Shown here: piece by piece, positions 1 through 9,289 of the stretch
How the letters are laid out: every line of letters begins with the position of its first letter
Position numbering within the stretch: the stretch's first letter is position 1
Origin: a virus
Taxonomy: Duplodnaviria; Caudoviricetes
IMG/VR virus record: IMGVR_UViG_2895442618_000001
Location: 26,636-90,635 of that record
Direction: 5' to 3' (one strand)
DNA length: 64,000 nucleotides
Position numbers and translations under genes: made by a program
Notes under the pieces: model-generated
Told to the model about the DNA's origin: nothing
Databases searched by the model: none
The model's input: the letters and a program-made list of their open reading frames with translations, nothing else

Positions 1-1286
1 CAGGCGATGTACTCGTCCTTGAAGCTCTTGATGTTCTTGGCGAGTTCCTTCTCTTCCTTCGACAGGTCGGCGAAGGCGTCCTTCAGCTTGGCCGCCGCCC
101 CGCCGCCGCCGGCCATGGCGGCCTGCTGCTGCAGGTGCAGCAGTTTGAGCTGCTGCTCCGCCTGGGCGACCTTGTCCTGCGTCTGCCGCAAGTTGTCGAG
201 AGCGTCCTGGTACTCCTTGGTGCCCTTGACCCCAGCCGCGTTCGCTTCCGCGGTGTCCTTGCGGGCCCGCTGGGTCTTGACCTCTTGCTCACGGGCGCGC
301 TGCTGCGCCATCTCCAGCGACAGCTGGGCGCGCTCGATCTCCAGCGCGGTCGCCTTCGGGTCTCCCTGCAGCTCGGCCAGCCGGGCTTCGGCCTCGCGGA
401 CCGCGAGGGCAGCGTCCTTCTGGCTGAGGATGGACCTCTCCAGCGAGAAGTTCATATCCTCCAAGGCCCTGCGCCCGGCCTCGCGCGCCCGGGTCAGGTC
501 CTCTTGGGCGGCCCGCTCCTCGTTCTGCGCGTCCTTCAGCCGACGCTCAGCCTGCTCCAGCTGCAGCGCCTGCTGGGCGGCCTGAGCAGCACTCTGCCCG
601 GCCCCGCCGGTCGCGCCCCCCGCCGCCTTGGCTGCCGTCTCCTGCGCCTTGAGTGCGTCGTTGATCCGGCCCAGCGCGGGCACGGCGACGGCGCCGAAGG
701 CCGCCGCCCCTGCCCCGGCTGCCGCGAACGCGCCGCCGAGAGCGGTCACGCCGACGGCGATCGTGGTGACTGCCGGAAGGGAAGCCAGCGCTCCGCCGAT
801 CAGCGCAATGTTGCGTAGCGCACCCGAAACGTCGGCGTCCACCCGCACGTCGGCCGTACGCCCGTTGACCCGGGAAATCTCGGCGTCGACCGCGCGGAGT
901 TCCGCCAGCGCCTCACCGATGTCGGCGCGGATGTTGATGTCGGCCTCGTTGCGCTGAAGCTGCTCCAGTTCGCGTTCGATCTCGCGGATCTGCGTCATCG
1001 CGTCGGCCGCGGAGATGTCGATGCCGATCTTCTTGTCGCCGAGCGACTCCATCTGCGAACGCAGCTGCGCGAACTTAATTTCAGCGGCCGTCGAGTCCGC
1101 ATCGATCTTGATTTTCGGGAGCGCCTTCGTGGCTGCTTCGAGGCGGCGGCGCATCCGGTCGGCCGACGCGCCCGTCTCGGTCATCTGACGCGAAAGGTTC
1201 TGCGTCTCGCCCTTGGCTTCCCGCATCCCGGCGACGAATCCGGAGACGCGCGCCCTCAAGTTGATCGAAATCGAGCGCTCGGCCAC
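1..1286 (-). CDS. Tape measure protein, N-terminal part (runs off window start)
   Basis: GTG at 1286 reads MAERSISINLRARVSGFVAGMREAKGETQNLSRQMTE; Ala-rich helical frame with no stop seen to base 1; follows tail chaperones. Absent from the ORF track, consistent with having no stop in the window. Confidence 0.9.
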   Translation of the reverse strand, partial: MAERSISINLRARVSGFVAGMREAKGETQNLSRQMTETGASADRMRRRLEAATKALPKIKIDADSTAAEIKFAQLRSQMESLGDKKIGIDISAADAMTQIREIERELEQLQRNEADINIRADIGEALAELRAVDAEISRVNGRTADVRVDADVSGALRNIALIGGALASLPAVTTIAVGVTALGGAFAAAGAGAAAFGAVAVPALGRINDALKAQETAAKAAGGATGGAGQSAAQAAQQALQLEQAERRLKDAQNEERAAQEDLTRAREAGRRALEDMNFSLERSILSQKDAALAVREAEARLAELQGDPKATALEIERAQLSLEMAQQRAREQEVKTQRARKDTAEANAAGVKGTKEYQDALDNLRQTQDKVAQAEQQLKLLHLQQQAAMAGGGGAAAKLKDAFADLSKEEKELAKNIKSFKDEYIA

Positions 1287-1396
1287 CCTGCTCACCCCCG
1301 CCCGTCAGGTCACGAAATGAGCCGAATGGCGGCAATGAGGCGTTGGACCGTGGCATCATCGCCACGGATCGGGGGATCTCACGAAGGGACTTCGAG

Positions 1397-1582
1397 ATGC
1401 TCCGCAACAGCGACCACATGGCCGGCGGGCCCGGCGACCCGAAGACCGGCCGGGAATGGTGGAGCTACTTCAAAGGCTGGCCGCTACGCGTGGTGCTCTC
1501 GGTGCTCGCGTTCTTCTTGTTCGCGCTCGTCGTCACCGTGCTCGACCAGCACGTGTACTGGTTCCACGCGCTGTTCAGGTGA
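1397..1582 (+). CDS. Small membrane protein, antisense to tail operon
   Basis: GAAGGGA RBS before ATG 1397; hydrophobic segment VVLSVLAFFLFALVVTVL. Confidence 0.65.
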   Translation: MLRNSDHMAGGPGDPKTGREWWSYFKGWPLRVVLSVLAFFLFALVVTVLDQHVYWFHALFR

Positions 1583-2000
1583 CCTGCTCGACGTGCCGCA
1601 ACAAAGCCTCCGGCCGGACCGTCGGCTTCTTCGCACGCTCCTTGTCGTCCTTCAGCAACTCGTCGCACCCGTAGCAGCGCGCCGGATCCGGCACGTGGTA
1701 GCTGTGCACCGGTTCGCCGTCCCGCATCGCGGTCGTGTCGGCGAGCTGCAGCCCGCACCCGGGGCATTTGCCCGCCACCCACCGCCGCCACGCCTGCGCC
1801 CACGACACGTCCTCGGGTAGCCAGCGCGGCTCCCACGTGGTCTCGCTGCGGACCAGCAGGCCGTCCTCGTCGTAGAAGTACTCCGTCGTCGCCTGTGTCT
1901 GGCGTCCCAGCAGTTCACTGCGTGGGACGCCCCACATGGCGGCTACTTCGAGTTCTTCCTGGAGTTCTGGAGAATCGCGGAGGCGGCGAAGGAGAAAGGG
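1575..2000 (-). CDS. Tail assembly chaperone -1 frame extension (gpT-like)
   Basis: Open -1 frame overlapping the chaperone 3' end, from slippery heptamer CCCTTTC (1994-2000) to stop at 1575. Confidence 0.7.
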   Translation of the reverse strand, partial: PFLLRRLRDSPELQEELEVAAMWGVPRSELLGRQTQATTEYFYDEDGLLVRSETTWEPRWLPEDVSWAQAWRRWVAGKCPGCGLQLADTTAMRDGEPVHSYHVPDPARCYGCDELLKDDKERAKKPTVRPEALLRHVEQVT

Positions 2001-2497
2001 ACATCCACATCCCGCTTGTTCACCGAGAACGCGGCGCCGACGAGGCTGTCCCACTGCGCCTGCGTGAGCACGTCAGCGATCTGACCCGCCTCGTCCGCGG
2101 TCATGGTGGGCTCGACCGCGCACGCAGCGACGAGGGCGACCGAGAACTGCTCCCAGTCGACCTCCGCGCCCTTCTCCTTGTCCTCGTCGGACGGAGGGCA
2201 CGACGCCACCAGGTCGGAGTACTGCTTGCGGGGCAGGCCGCGGAACTTGAACACCGTGGTGTGCTCGCGCATCCGCTCCCGCAGCTCCATGATCTGCTGC
2301 GCGATCTGCGTCGCCATGGGATTCGCGCCGCCGGCCAGTGTCCCCTCGGCGGGCTGGTCCCGAGCGATCTGCAGGTCTCGTTCCAGGTCCTCGAACTCGG
2401 CCTGCAGATCACCTGCCAGGCAGATCTGGACTGTCTTCTCGGGGCGCTTGACCTGGCCGATGATGTCCGCGATCGCGGACGGTCGGGTCGAGGTCAT
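1943..2497 (-). CDS. Tail assembly chaperone (gpG-like)
   Basis: ATG 2497 overlaps tail tube stop; position between tail tube and tape measure genes. Confidence 0.8.
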   Translation of the reverse strand: MTSTRPSAIADIIGQVKRPEKTVQICLAGDLQAEFEDLERDLQIARDQPAEGTLAGGANPMATQIAQQIMELRERMREHTTVFKFRGLPRKQYSDLVASCPPSDEDKEKGAEVDWEQFSVALVAACAVEPTMTADEAGQIADVLTQAQWDSLVGAAFSVNKRDVDVPFSFAASAILQNSRKNSK

Positions 2498-2982
2498 GCC
2501 GCCACCGTGGATTCGACGCTGTACGTGCCGGAGGCGTACAGCTTGAGCTGGACCTTCTCGTAGCTCTCCCGCTCGGGGGCGAGCGGGCGGCGCTCGCCGC
2601 AGGTCACCTCGTACACCTCGACCTTCTGGTCTGCGGCGTACGCGGTCGACGCCGTGACGCCTCGCCGCACCACCAGGAATCCCGCGGTGCCGCGGGTCAT
2701 GACGGACCACATGCGGTCCGCGGCGGTGGTCGAGTCGCGGTAGTAGGTGAGCTCGATCTGCGCCTTCGACCGGCCCGGCGACTCGAAGTCCTGCGTACTC
2801 GCCAGAACGTTGCCCTCAACGGTGCCCTCATCGAAGGAGATGTCGAGACCATCGTCAGTGACGGTGTTCTCCAGGGCGACGATGCCAGAGTCGGTGAGCT
2901 CGGCGACCGTGGGCGCGGTGATGGACGAGATGGTGGGCACGAACGTGGCCTTGGTGTTGCCGTCGGTAAGCCGCTTAGCCAC
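2494..2982 (-). CDS. Major tail (tube) protein
   Basis: MAKRLTDGNTKATFVPTISSITAPTVAEL, actinophage tail tube-like; synteny. Confidence 0.8.
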   Translation of the reverse strand: MAKRLTDGNTKATFVPTISSITAPTVAELTDSGIVALENTVTDDGLDISFDEGTVEGNVLASTQDFESPGRSKAQIELTYYRDSTTAADRMWSVMTRGTAGFLVVRRGVTASTAYAADQKVEVYEVTCGERRPLAPERESYEKVQLKLYASGTYSVESTVAA

Positions 2983-3199
2983 CGGGCTGCTCCTTCACAT
3001 CCTGGGCAGCCCGAGCCGCCCTCTGGGTGGACTTGGGGGCGCCGGTCTTGTCCGGCGATTGCGCAGGCGACTCGTCCTGCTGAGAGGGGGCCGGTTCGGG
3101 GAGGATCGTGTAGCCCTCGCGGTGCTCCCAGAACTTGCGCGCGGTCGCGTCGATCTCGAACTCGTTGCCGTACGGGTCGCGAATCGTGAGCGTCGCCAT
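2975..3199 (-). CDS. Hypothetical protein
   Basis: ATG 3199 MATLTIRDPYGNE; coupled to tail tube gene. Confidence 0.6.
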   Translation of the reverse strand: MATLTIRDPYGNEFEIDATARKFWEHREGYTILPEPAPSQQDESPAQSPDKTGAPKSTQRAARAAQDVKEQPGG

Positions 3200-3203
3200 G
3201 GGC

Positions 3204-3530
3204 TCAGATCCGCTCAACGGTGAAGGTCACGGACGTGGTGGACTCCCACCCGAGCGCGATCAGCCCATCAGTGGGGCTGATGTACTCGTTGAAGCTGAGC
3301 GGGATGACCTTCGTCGCGGCGGCCGCGATCGTGATCACCTTGTCGGGCAGGTCGCTGCCGTACGCGGACGTGCCGTGGACGGTGATCGTCAGGTCCACGT
3401 CGGCGCCGGCGCCGTTGGTGACGCGGAGGATGACATTCCTGTCGGGGGTGATCTTGTCGCCGGAGGCTGCGGTACGAGACGTCGCGACCAGGCCATCGGT
3501 CGTGATCGCCTGCGCGGAGTAGGTAGCCAT
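3204..3530 (-). CDS. Hypothetical virion-associated beta-rich protein
   Basis: ORF track 108 aa; GGAGAG RBS; lies in structural operon. Confidence 0.6.
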   Translation of the reverse strand: MATYSAQAITTDGLVATSRTAASGDKITPDRNVILRVTNGAGADVDLTITVHGTSAYGSDLPDKVITIAAAATKVIPLSFNEYISPTDGLIALGWESTTSVTFTVERI

Positions 3531-3551
3531 GCGGGCTCTCCTCAGGGCATG

Positions 3552-3573
3552 AAAAAAGCCCGCCGTGGCGGGC
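3552..3573 (-). terminator. Intrinsic terminator
   Basis: Minus strand GCCCGC-CACG-GCGGGC followed by T6. Confidence 0.75.
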
Positions 3574-3592
3574 CGAATGGATCAGAAGAGGG

Positions 3593-4003
3593 TCAGGTGG
3601 GGTCTGACCTGGTCAGGTATTGGGCGGTGGCGAAGAACAGCGCAGTTCCGTCGTCCTCGCGGCGAACGGGCTGCGAGCCTTCCTCGATCGCGGGCCACAC
3701 CCGGCGCCCCGAAACCGTGGCGACGGTGCCCAGGACGGCAGCGGCCATCTTGTCCGCCACCCACGCGGCCTGATCACGCGTCGCACCGACGGACGTGATC
3801 TGGTAGCGCAGCTCGTTCGGGCCGTCGTTGGTGAGGTCGCGGTGGAAGCCCGACTTCATCCCGGTGTCGAAGTACGCCACCGCGTAGGGGGGCTCGGCGT
3901 CAGGCGATGCCTGAGCATCGTGGATCTTCAAGGTGTCCGGCACGGCCGCCCGCCAGGAGGCCAGAAGGGCATCTACGAGCGGCCTGGAGGGAAGCGGCGT
4001 CAC
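3593..4003 (-). CDS. Tail terminator / tail completion protein
   Basis: 136 aa, RYQITSVG and ADKMAAAVL segments; synteny between neck and tail tube genes. Confidence 0.65.
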   Translation of the reverse strand: MTPLPSRPLVDALLASWRAAVPDTLKIHDAQASPDAEPPYAVAYFDTGMKSGFHRDLTNDGPNELRYQITSVGATRDQAAWVADKMAAAVLGTVATVSGRRVWPAIEEGSQPVRREDDGTALFFATAQYLTRSDPT

Positions 4004-4386
4004 AGGAGGCTCCGCACGATCTCATCCAGGCTCTTGTAGAACTTCGGCTCCTCCGCAACGGCTGCGCGGGCGCCATCCCAGTGGGGCGGCTGGTTACGGC
4101 TGCCATGCTCGAAACCTGGCCCCATCCCGCCCTGAGGCATCATCGACTCAGGGCCGACCGTCCACTCGATCGCTTCCGCGGCAGGAACCTGCTCCGTCGT
4201 GATCGTCTTCGGATACCGTTTGCCGTGCTTGCGCGCGGTCTCCTTGGCGTTCTTCCGCCACTGGTCACGCAACGCCTCTGCGTGCCGCTCAACCACCGGG
4301 TAGGTCTTGCTGGCAGCCTCATGTTCGGCGTTGTCGAGGTACTGGACGAGGTCAAGAAGTTCCGAGCCGTCAATGTCGGCCATCAC
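4000..4386 (-). CDS. HK97 gp10-like neck protein
   Basis: GPGFEHGSRNQPPH motif; synteny. Confidence 0.65.
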   Translation of the reverse strand: MMADIDGSELLDLVQYLDNAEHEAASKTYPVVERHAEALRDQWRKNAKETARKHGKRYPKTITTEQVPAAEAIEWTVGPESMMPQGGMGPGFEHGSRNQPPHWDGARAAVAEEPKFYKSLDEIVRSLL

Positions 4387-4793
4387 CCCTCCTTGTCCTC
4401 CACGAGCAGCCGCCTGGCGGTCGCGGTTCCGGCGAGGGAGATGTCAATGACTTCGAGGTGCCGCCCGATCAGCCATGTGTCGTCGGACGCTGTGACGGTC
4501 AGACGGTCCTCTCGGGCGATCACCTCTGTGGTGTCCCACGGGAGTACGGCGGTGTACTGGTGCAGGGTGACTTCACGCTCGCCCCACTCGGTTTCACGGC
4601 CCGCGCCTTGTCCTGCCCGGCCGCCGGACTTGACCCGGCACACGCCCGTGTAGACCGTGGTCCACGCCTGTTCGAGCTGCCCGGTCTCGTCGTTGAGCAC
4701 CGGGTCGCCGTCTTTGCGTTCCACCGTGCAGGTGTCGCGCATCAGCATGAGCGCCGCCGTCCGGCCCCGGGCGAGCACCCCTGAGACGCTCAC
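4383..4793 (-). CDS. Head-tail joining (head closure) protein, DUF6093-like
   Basis: GTG 4793, MRDTCTVER...VYTGVCRVK motif. Confidence 0.7.
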   Translation of the reverse strand: MSVSGVLARGRTAALMLMRDTCTVERKDGDPVLNDETGQLEQAWTTVYTGVCRVKSGGRAGQGAGRETEWGEREVTLHQYTAVLPWDTTEVIAREDRLTVTASDDTWLIGRHLEVIDISLAGTATARRLLVEDKEG

Positions 4794-5362
4794 CGCGGCC
4801 TCACCACGTACGCACCCGGAGCAGACCCGAGGAATCCGGCCAGAGACGCGCACTCGCCAGGGAGCAGCCCGGACGCCGTCTCCACCGCTTCGGCCGCGTA
4901 CGTCACCGAGTAGTCGTCGATCGACTCGGACCGGATTCCTGCTTCCATGCCGGCGGCGTCGTCCGTTGCGGACAGCCGTACAGCGACGGAGCAGACCAAC
5001 TCCAGCAGTTCGTCCGGGATGGTGGTGAACCCGTGCGTGTAGGTGACGTTGACGTCTCCGCACCACAGCGGGATGCAGTGGATGCGCTCCATGCCGTCCC
5101 ACCGCCACCCGGAGAGCGTGTCCCCGCCGTCCTCCGCGAGCCGGGCCACGGTGGACACGGCGGTGATCGGCCCGCCCGGGAGCAGGACCTTCCCGCCGTC
5201 CACACGCCGGCGCACAGTCGAGGTGGTGGAGGAGATGGGGCGGCCCGCTTCCCGCCGCAGCCGGGCGGAGGCGCGGGCCAGGAACTCCATCTCCCTGCCG
5301 TCAGGCAGGGTGTAGCCGAGCCTGGCGGCGTCAGCAGGGGATGCGAGCGGAAGCGGTGGCAT
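4790..5362 (-). CDS. Head-tail adaptor protein
   Basis: YTHGF..IPDELLELVCSVAVR and ESIDDYSVTY motifs. Confidence 0.7.
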   Translation of the reverse strand: MPPLPLASPADAARLGYTLPDGREMEFLARASARLRREAGRPISSTTSTVRRRVDGGKVLLPGGPITAVSTVARLAEDGGDTLSGWRWDGMERIHCIPLWCGDVNVTYTHGFTTIPDELLELVCSVAVRLSATDDAAGMEAGIRSESIDDYSVTYAAEAVETASGLLPGECASLAGFLGSAPGAYVVRPR

Positions 5363-5391
5363 GACGCCTCCTCAGGATGAAGTCCGCTCGA

Positions 5392-5994
5392 TCAGGTCGC
5401 GACAACACGCGGCACGTTGACGACCGCCGTCGGGGTGGCGATTGTGGCTGGGGCGGTGGTCGTCAGCGACGAGCCCGAGGTCTGGGCGATGATCTTTTCG
5501 CCCGTGAACCATCCTGCGGACGCGCCAGCGATGCCGAGGCTCGCGCCGACCAGGGACGGCAGGTCGGTCGCCTTGACCATGATTCCGGCGTAATGGACTC
5601 CGGTCTCTTCGATGGTCTGCGCGCTGGACAGCGCCAGCGTCTTCACGGTGTTCGCCGCCCAGGCCGTGGTGGTCTGGTCCGCGGTCTGGGCCAGGAGCGC
5701 GCCCTCGGTGTCGTACAGGGCGAACCACCAGTTGGTAGGCGTGTCCGCCGCAGTCGCACCTGACTTGAAGGTGAGGTTGGTGACGACATCACCGGCGCGC
5801 AGGTAGAGGGCCACCGACAGCATCACCTGCGTGGTCAGCGGGTCCAGATCGGTGTCGCAGGCGCGGCGCGACAGGTTCGCCCGGTACAGGTCGCCCGAGG
5901 TGAAGTCCACGCCGGGCTCGCCCTGGTAGAGGTCGTCGGCGTAGTAGCCGAAGTCGTCACGGAGGATGCCGGTATAGCGGCCGTGAACCGTCAC
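5392..5994 (-). CDS. Hypothetical virion protein (possible capsid decoration)
   Basis: 200 aa beta-rich ORF downstream of capsid gene; function inferred from position only. Confidence 0.5.
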   Translation of the reverse strand: MTVHGRYTGILRDDFGYYADDLYQGEPGVDFTSGDLYRANLSRRACDTDLDPLTTQVMLSVALYLRAGDVVTNLTFKSGATAADTPTNWWFALYDTEGALLAQTADQTTTAWAANTVKTLALSSAQTIEETGVHYAGIMVKATDLPSLVGASLGIAGASAGWFTGEKIIAQTSGSSLTTTAPATIATPTAVVNVPRVVAT

Positions 5995-6353
5995 TGCTCG
6001 CTCTCCTTCTCGTGCTTGTCGATGAGGTCGAGCAACTCGACCCGGGTCTTGGCGTCGGCGTCGTCCTTGGTCATGCCGAGTTCAGCGACCGCGTAGGCGA
6101 CGAGGGTGTCCTTGTTGGCGTTCTTGCCGGGCCGCTGCGAGCCTTCCGACTGGTCGGCGACCTGCTCGGGCGCTTCGACCGGCGGCTCGGTGTGCGCTGG
6201 CGCCACGGCGTCCACTCGGTAGCCCTTACGGCGGAAGTAGGCGACTGCGCGCACGTTGGCCGCGTCGTCCACTTCGGCGGATCCGTTGGCGAACGCCACG
6301 CCCGCGACTTCGCCAGTGAAGCCGCGGACGGGAGTCGTGATCCGATAACGCAT
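5991..6353 (-). CDS. Hypothetical protein downstream of major capsid gene
   Basis: ATG 6353 MRYRITTPVRGFTG; C-terminal short helical motif. Confidence 0.6.
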   Translation of the reverse strand: MRYRITTPVRGFTGEVAGVAFANGSAEVDDAANVRAVAYFRRKGYRVDAVAPAHTEPPVEAPEQVADQSEGSQRPGKNANKDTLVAYAVAELGMTKDDADAKTRVELLDLIDKHEKESEQ

Positions 6354-6355
6354 CG

Positions 6356-7420
6356 TTACTGCACCTTCACGTTGCGGAGCACACCGCACGCCTTGGTCGA
6401 CCGCAGCACAGCCGCCAGGGGCCCCATCTCGACCTCACCCGACTTGACCGCGCCAGCGCGGTCGTAGTCCGGCATCCACGTCTGCAGCAGAGGGATACCG
6501 GCCGGGCTCGCGGCGTGGAAGGCGTCCAGGCCGAACGAAACGGCGTACAGGTCGGTCAGGCCGGCGATGCTGCCGCCACCACCGCTGCCGTCAGCGTCGC
6601 GGCTCTCGATCGGGATGATCGGGCTGGAGCCGTCCACCCGGTCGCCGATGTCGACCAGCGTCCACGGACCGTACATCTCGATGTGACGGCCCAGGTCGTC
6701 CTGGGTGGCGGTGTAGGCGCCCGCCCGCCGGGCCAGAGCCCGCACGCGGGTGATCGACTGAGTGTTGCCCAGAATCGCCTTCACACCGGGCGGCAGCGCG
6801 CCGGGCTGGTTGAGGTCGCCGCCGCCGACGCGGGACGGAACGATCCGGGACAGAAAGTCGTCCAGGTAGTCCAGCGCCGTCATCGCCTTGTCCTGGTCGT
6901 TGACGGTGGAGATCGTCCAGTCCAGGTAGCCAGCGGTGACGCTGTTGTCGTTCGGGTCCCACTCGGTGTCCGTACCAGTGAGGATCTTGTCCAGGCCGTC
7001 GAAGCCGCGGTCATCCACAGCGGTGTCGCCCCGGATCAGCTCCTGCTGGAACCGCATGCGCACCGAGGTGAGCAGCTCGTTCATCTGGAACGTGATCTCG
7101 TTCGTGGCCGCCGGGCCAAGGTTGGAGAACACGCGGTCCAGGGTGAACGCGCCACCGAGCGGCTTCAGGTCCACCGAATACCGCTGCCGGGTGGCCGCAG
7201 CAGCCGTGTACTCGGTGTTGTAGTCGCGGAAACCCGCCTGGCGCGGCGTGGTCAGCCGCGTGTAACCGTAGGTCAGGGTGCCGCCGCCGGTGCCAGGGGT
7301 GGCGACGTTGTCGAACACCATCTGGTCGGCGAGCCACGAGTACCGGCGCAGCGAGTCGATCACGCTGAAGTCGACGTCGGTCTGCGTGTTGACCTGCGCC
7401 TGAGCAAGGGTGACAGGCAT
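6356..7420 (-). CDS. Major capsid protein
   Basis: 354 aa MPVTLAQAQVNTQ..., GFDGLDKIL; directly after scaffold gene. Confidence 0.85.
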   Translation of the reverse strand: MPVTLAQAQVNTQTDVDFSVIDSLRRYSWLADQMVFDNVATPGTGGGTLTYGYTRLTTPRQAGFRDYNTEYTAAAATRQRYSVDLKPLGGAFTLDRVFSNLGPAATNEITFQMNELLTSVRMRFQQELIRGDTAVDDRGFDGLDKILTGTDTEWDPNDNSVTAGYLDWTISTVNDQDKAMTALDYLDDFLSRIVPSRVGGGDLNQPGALPPGVKAILGNTQSITRVRALARRAGAYTATQDDLGRHIEMYGPWTLVDIGDRVDGSSPIIPIESRDADGSGGGGSIAGLTDLYAVSFGLDAFHAASPAGIPLLQTWMPDYDRAGAVKSGEVEMGPLAAVLRSTKACGVLRNVKVQ

Positions 7421-7429
7421 TCAGTTCTC

Positions 7430-8224
7430 CTATTTCTTGTCGTAATGCCTGGTGATCGCTTCACCGAGGCTCTTGGGACGGGCGGGCTTGACCGGCTTTG
7501 CGCCGCCGTCGCCCGAGCCCTTGAACCGCTTGCGTTCGCCTTGCGCGGGCACAGCCAGATAGGGCTTCTTCTCCAGCAGGTCGGCGATCGCGTCGTCGAT
7601 CTGCTCGGTGTCGACGTTGCCGTCGGCATCCACCTCGAACTTGGAAAGATCGAGAAACTTGAGGGCGTCCACCGGGTCGGACAGCTTGCCCGCGGCGGAC
7701 GCTCGTACTTCGGCCTTGATGATCCGTTCGTTGGCCTTGGCCGTCGCCTTCGCGTCGGCCTCCCGCTGAATCTCCTCCGGATCGATGTCCGGCTCGTCGT
7801 CGGCGGGCTTCTCCTCCGGCTTCGCCACCTTGGCCTTGGCGCGCTCAGCAGCCCGGCGCAGCTTCGCCAACTCCGCTTCCGCGGCGTCGGCTCGCGCCTT
7901 CTCGGCGCGGGCACGCTCGGCGGCCTGCTTGCGCTTCTCCTTCTCGGCCAGGTACGCCTTCTCACCGGCCGGACCGAGGGGCTTGTCCTCGTCGTCGGGC
8001 TTGTCGGGCTTGTCGTCCTTGGCGTCGTCGCTCTCGCCCGAGTCGCCGTCTTCGGCGTCGTCGTCCTGGCCTTCGTCGGCCTTCGCGTCGTCCTCGGTGG
8101 CGACGTCGTCATCGTCGTCTTCCGCCCCGCCCAGAACGGGCCAGATGGGCTTCCCGTTGCGGAGCAGCCCAATGGCCTGAAGGCCGGTACGAGGGTGGAA
8201 AGGAAGCTCGGTTTCGAGCGTCAT
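7430..8224 (-). CDS. Capsid scaffolding protein
   Basis: ATG 8224; acidic coiled coil; AIGLLRNGKPIWPVLGG and KPYLA motifs. Confidence 0.8.
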   Translation of the reverse strand: MTLETELPFHPRTGLQAIGLLRNGKPIWPVLGGAEDDDDDVATEDDAKADEGQDDDAEDGDSGESDDAKDDKPDKPDDEDKPLGPAGEKAYLAEKEKRKQAAERARAEKARADAAEAELAKLRRAAERAKAKVAKPEEKPADDEPDIDPEEIQREADAKATAKANERIIKAEVRASAAGKLSDPVDALKFLDLSKFEVDADGNVDTEQIDDAIADLLEKKPYLAVPAQGERKRFKGSGDGGAKPVKPARPKSLGEAITRHYDKK

Positions 8225-8317
8225 GCATGTCTCCCGGAAGGGACGGCCCTGGCGTTGCGCGAGGGCATGCGGAATCACCGGTGACGCGTTGCGCGTACCG
8301 GCAGGTGGGGGAAGGGG

Positions 8318-9286
8318 TCAGGAGGTACGAGTCAGATAGCCGAACCGTTCGAGCAGGCGGATCGCCTCATCGCGGTCGCCGCCCGCGTCCGCCAAGAGCT
8401 GCTCGGGCATGGGCCTCGGGATCGTGGAGCGGCGGTAGCGTTCGCCCGGGAGGCGGACGTACTTGCCGAGCCGCCGGCCGGCCACCCCTCGTACGGTGGT
8501 GCCCTCGGTGGTGATCAGCTTCCCGCCCGCGGTCTGCATGCCGCGGCGAGCGTTGACGATCTGCCCCATGTCGGCGCCGAGCCTGATCGCCTCAGCTCCG
8601 GCTTTCCCGAATCGGCGGTCCTGTTCCTCGGCGGACATCTGCTCGAACAGGTCCATCGGCGACGGAATGTCTACATCGTCGCCGGTCACAGGCATCATGC
8701 CGCAGTCACACGCGGGGTGCCGGGCGAACCCCGTGGAGTGAGAATAGGTGCGCCCGGCCAGGATGATGCACCTGGAACAGGCCGGCAGATCGACCACTCG
8801 CACGTACATCACCCACGCGCGGTTCGCGGTCATGCCCACCTCAACAGCGCCACGGCCTGCGTCCGCGGCCTGCGTCGCGGCAATCATCGCCACGTGCGCA
8901 GTCGCCTGCCTCATCGCCTCCTCGGGGCTCACCCCCGCCACCAAGAGGCGTTTGAACAGCACGATCGGCTGATACAGGAGGCTCTCCAGCGGGCGGCCAT
9001 CCGAGGCGATCCCCGAGAACGCCGCAGCGACCGGTTCCAGACCCGACGGCGGCACCCCCTGAGCGGCGGCCAGCGCCTGCAGGTAGCCAGGCGCGAGCGC
9101 CGCAGCCTCCAACTGGGCTCTGGCCATCGTCTCAACGATGGACGGCCCCACGCCTGACTGCCACGACTCGGTGAGCCGCTCCTGGTCAAGCCGCCGCCAC
9201 AGTCCGAGGATCGCCGCGATCGCGGCCAAGACGATGCTCTTCTGCCGCTGCTGGTACGCCCGGGCGATCTCCTCCGGCGCCGCCAT
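8318..9286 (-). CDS. Head morphogenesis / minor capsid protein (MuF-like)
   Basis: ACSRCIILAGR...FARHPACDCGM motif; between portal and scaffold. Confidence 0.7.
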   Translation of the reverse strand: MAAPEEIARAYQQRQKSIVLAAIAAILGLWRRLDQERLTESWQSGVGPSIVETMARAQLEAAALAPGYLQALAAAQGVPPSGLEPVAAAFSGIASDGRPLESLLYQPIVLFKRLLVAGVSPEEAMRQATAHVAMIAATQAADAGRGAVEVGMTANRAWVMYVRVVDLPACSRCIILAGRTYSHSTGFARHPACDCGMMPVTGDDVDIPSPMDLFEQMSAEEQDRRFGKAGAEAIRLGADMGQIVNARRGMQTAGGKLITTEGTTVRGVAGRRLGKYVRLPGERYRRSTIPRPMPEQLLADAGGDRDEAIRLLERFGYLTRTS

Positions 9287-9289
9287 CGG

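Noticed and set aside
7-957. Plus-strand ORFs over the first kilobase
   Set aside because: Antisense shadows of the tape measure gene.
5991-6389. Extended start at 6389 overlapping the capsid gene
   Set aside because: ATG 6353 just after the capsid stop is more plausible; many other ORF-track starts were likewise shortened to RBS-supported codons.
6515-8284. 589-aa plus-strand ORF
   Set aside because: Antisense shadow of capsid and scaffold genes; no motifs; expected from GC-rich codon bias.
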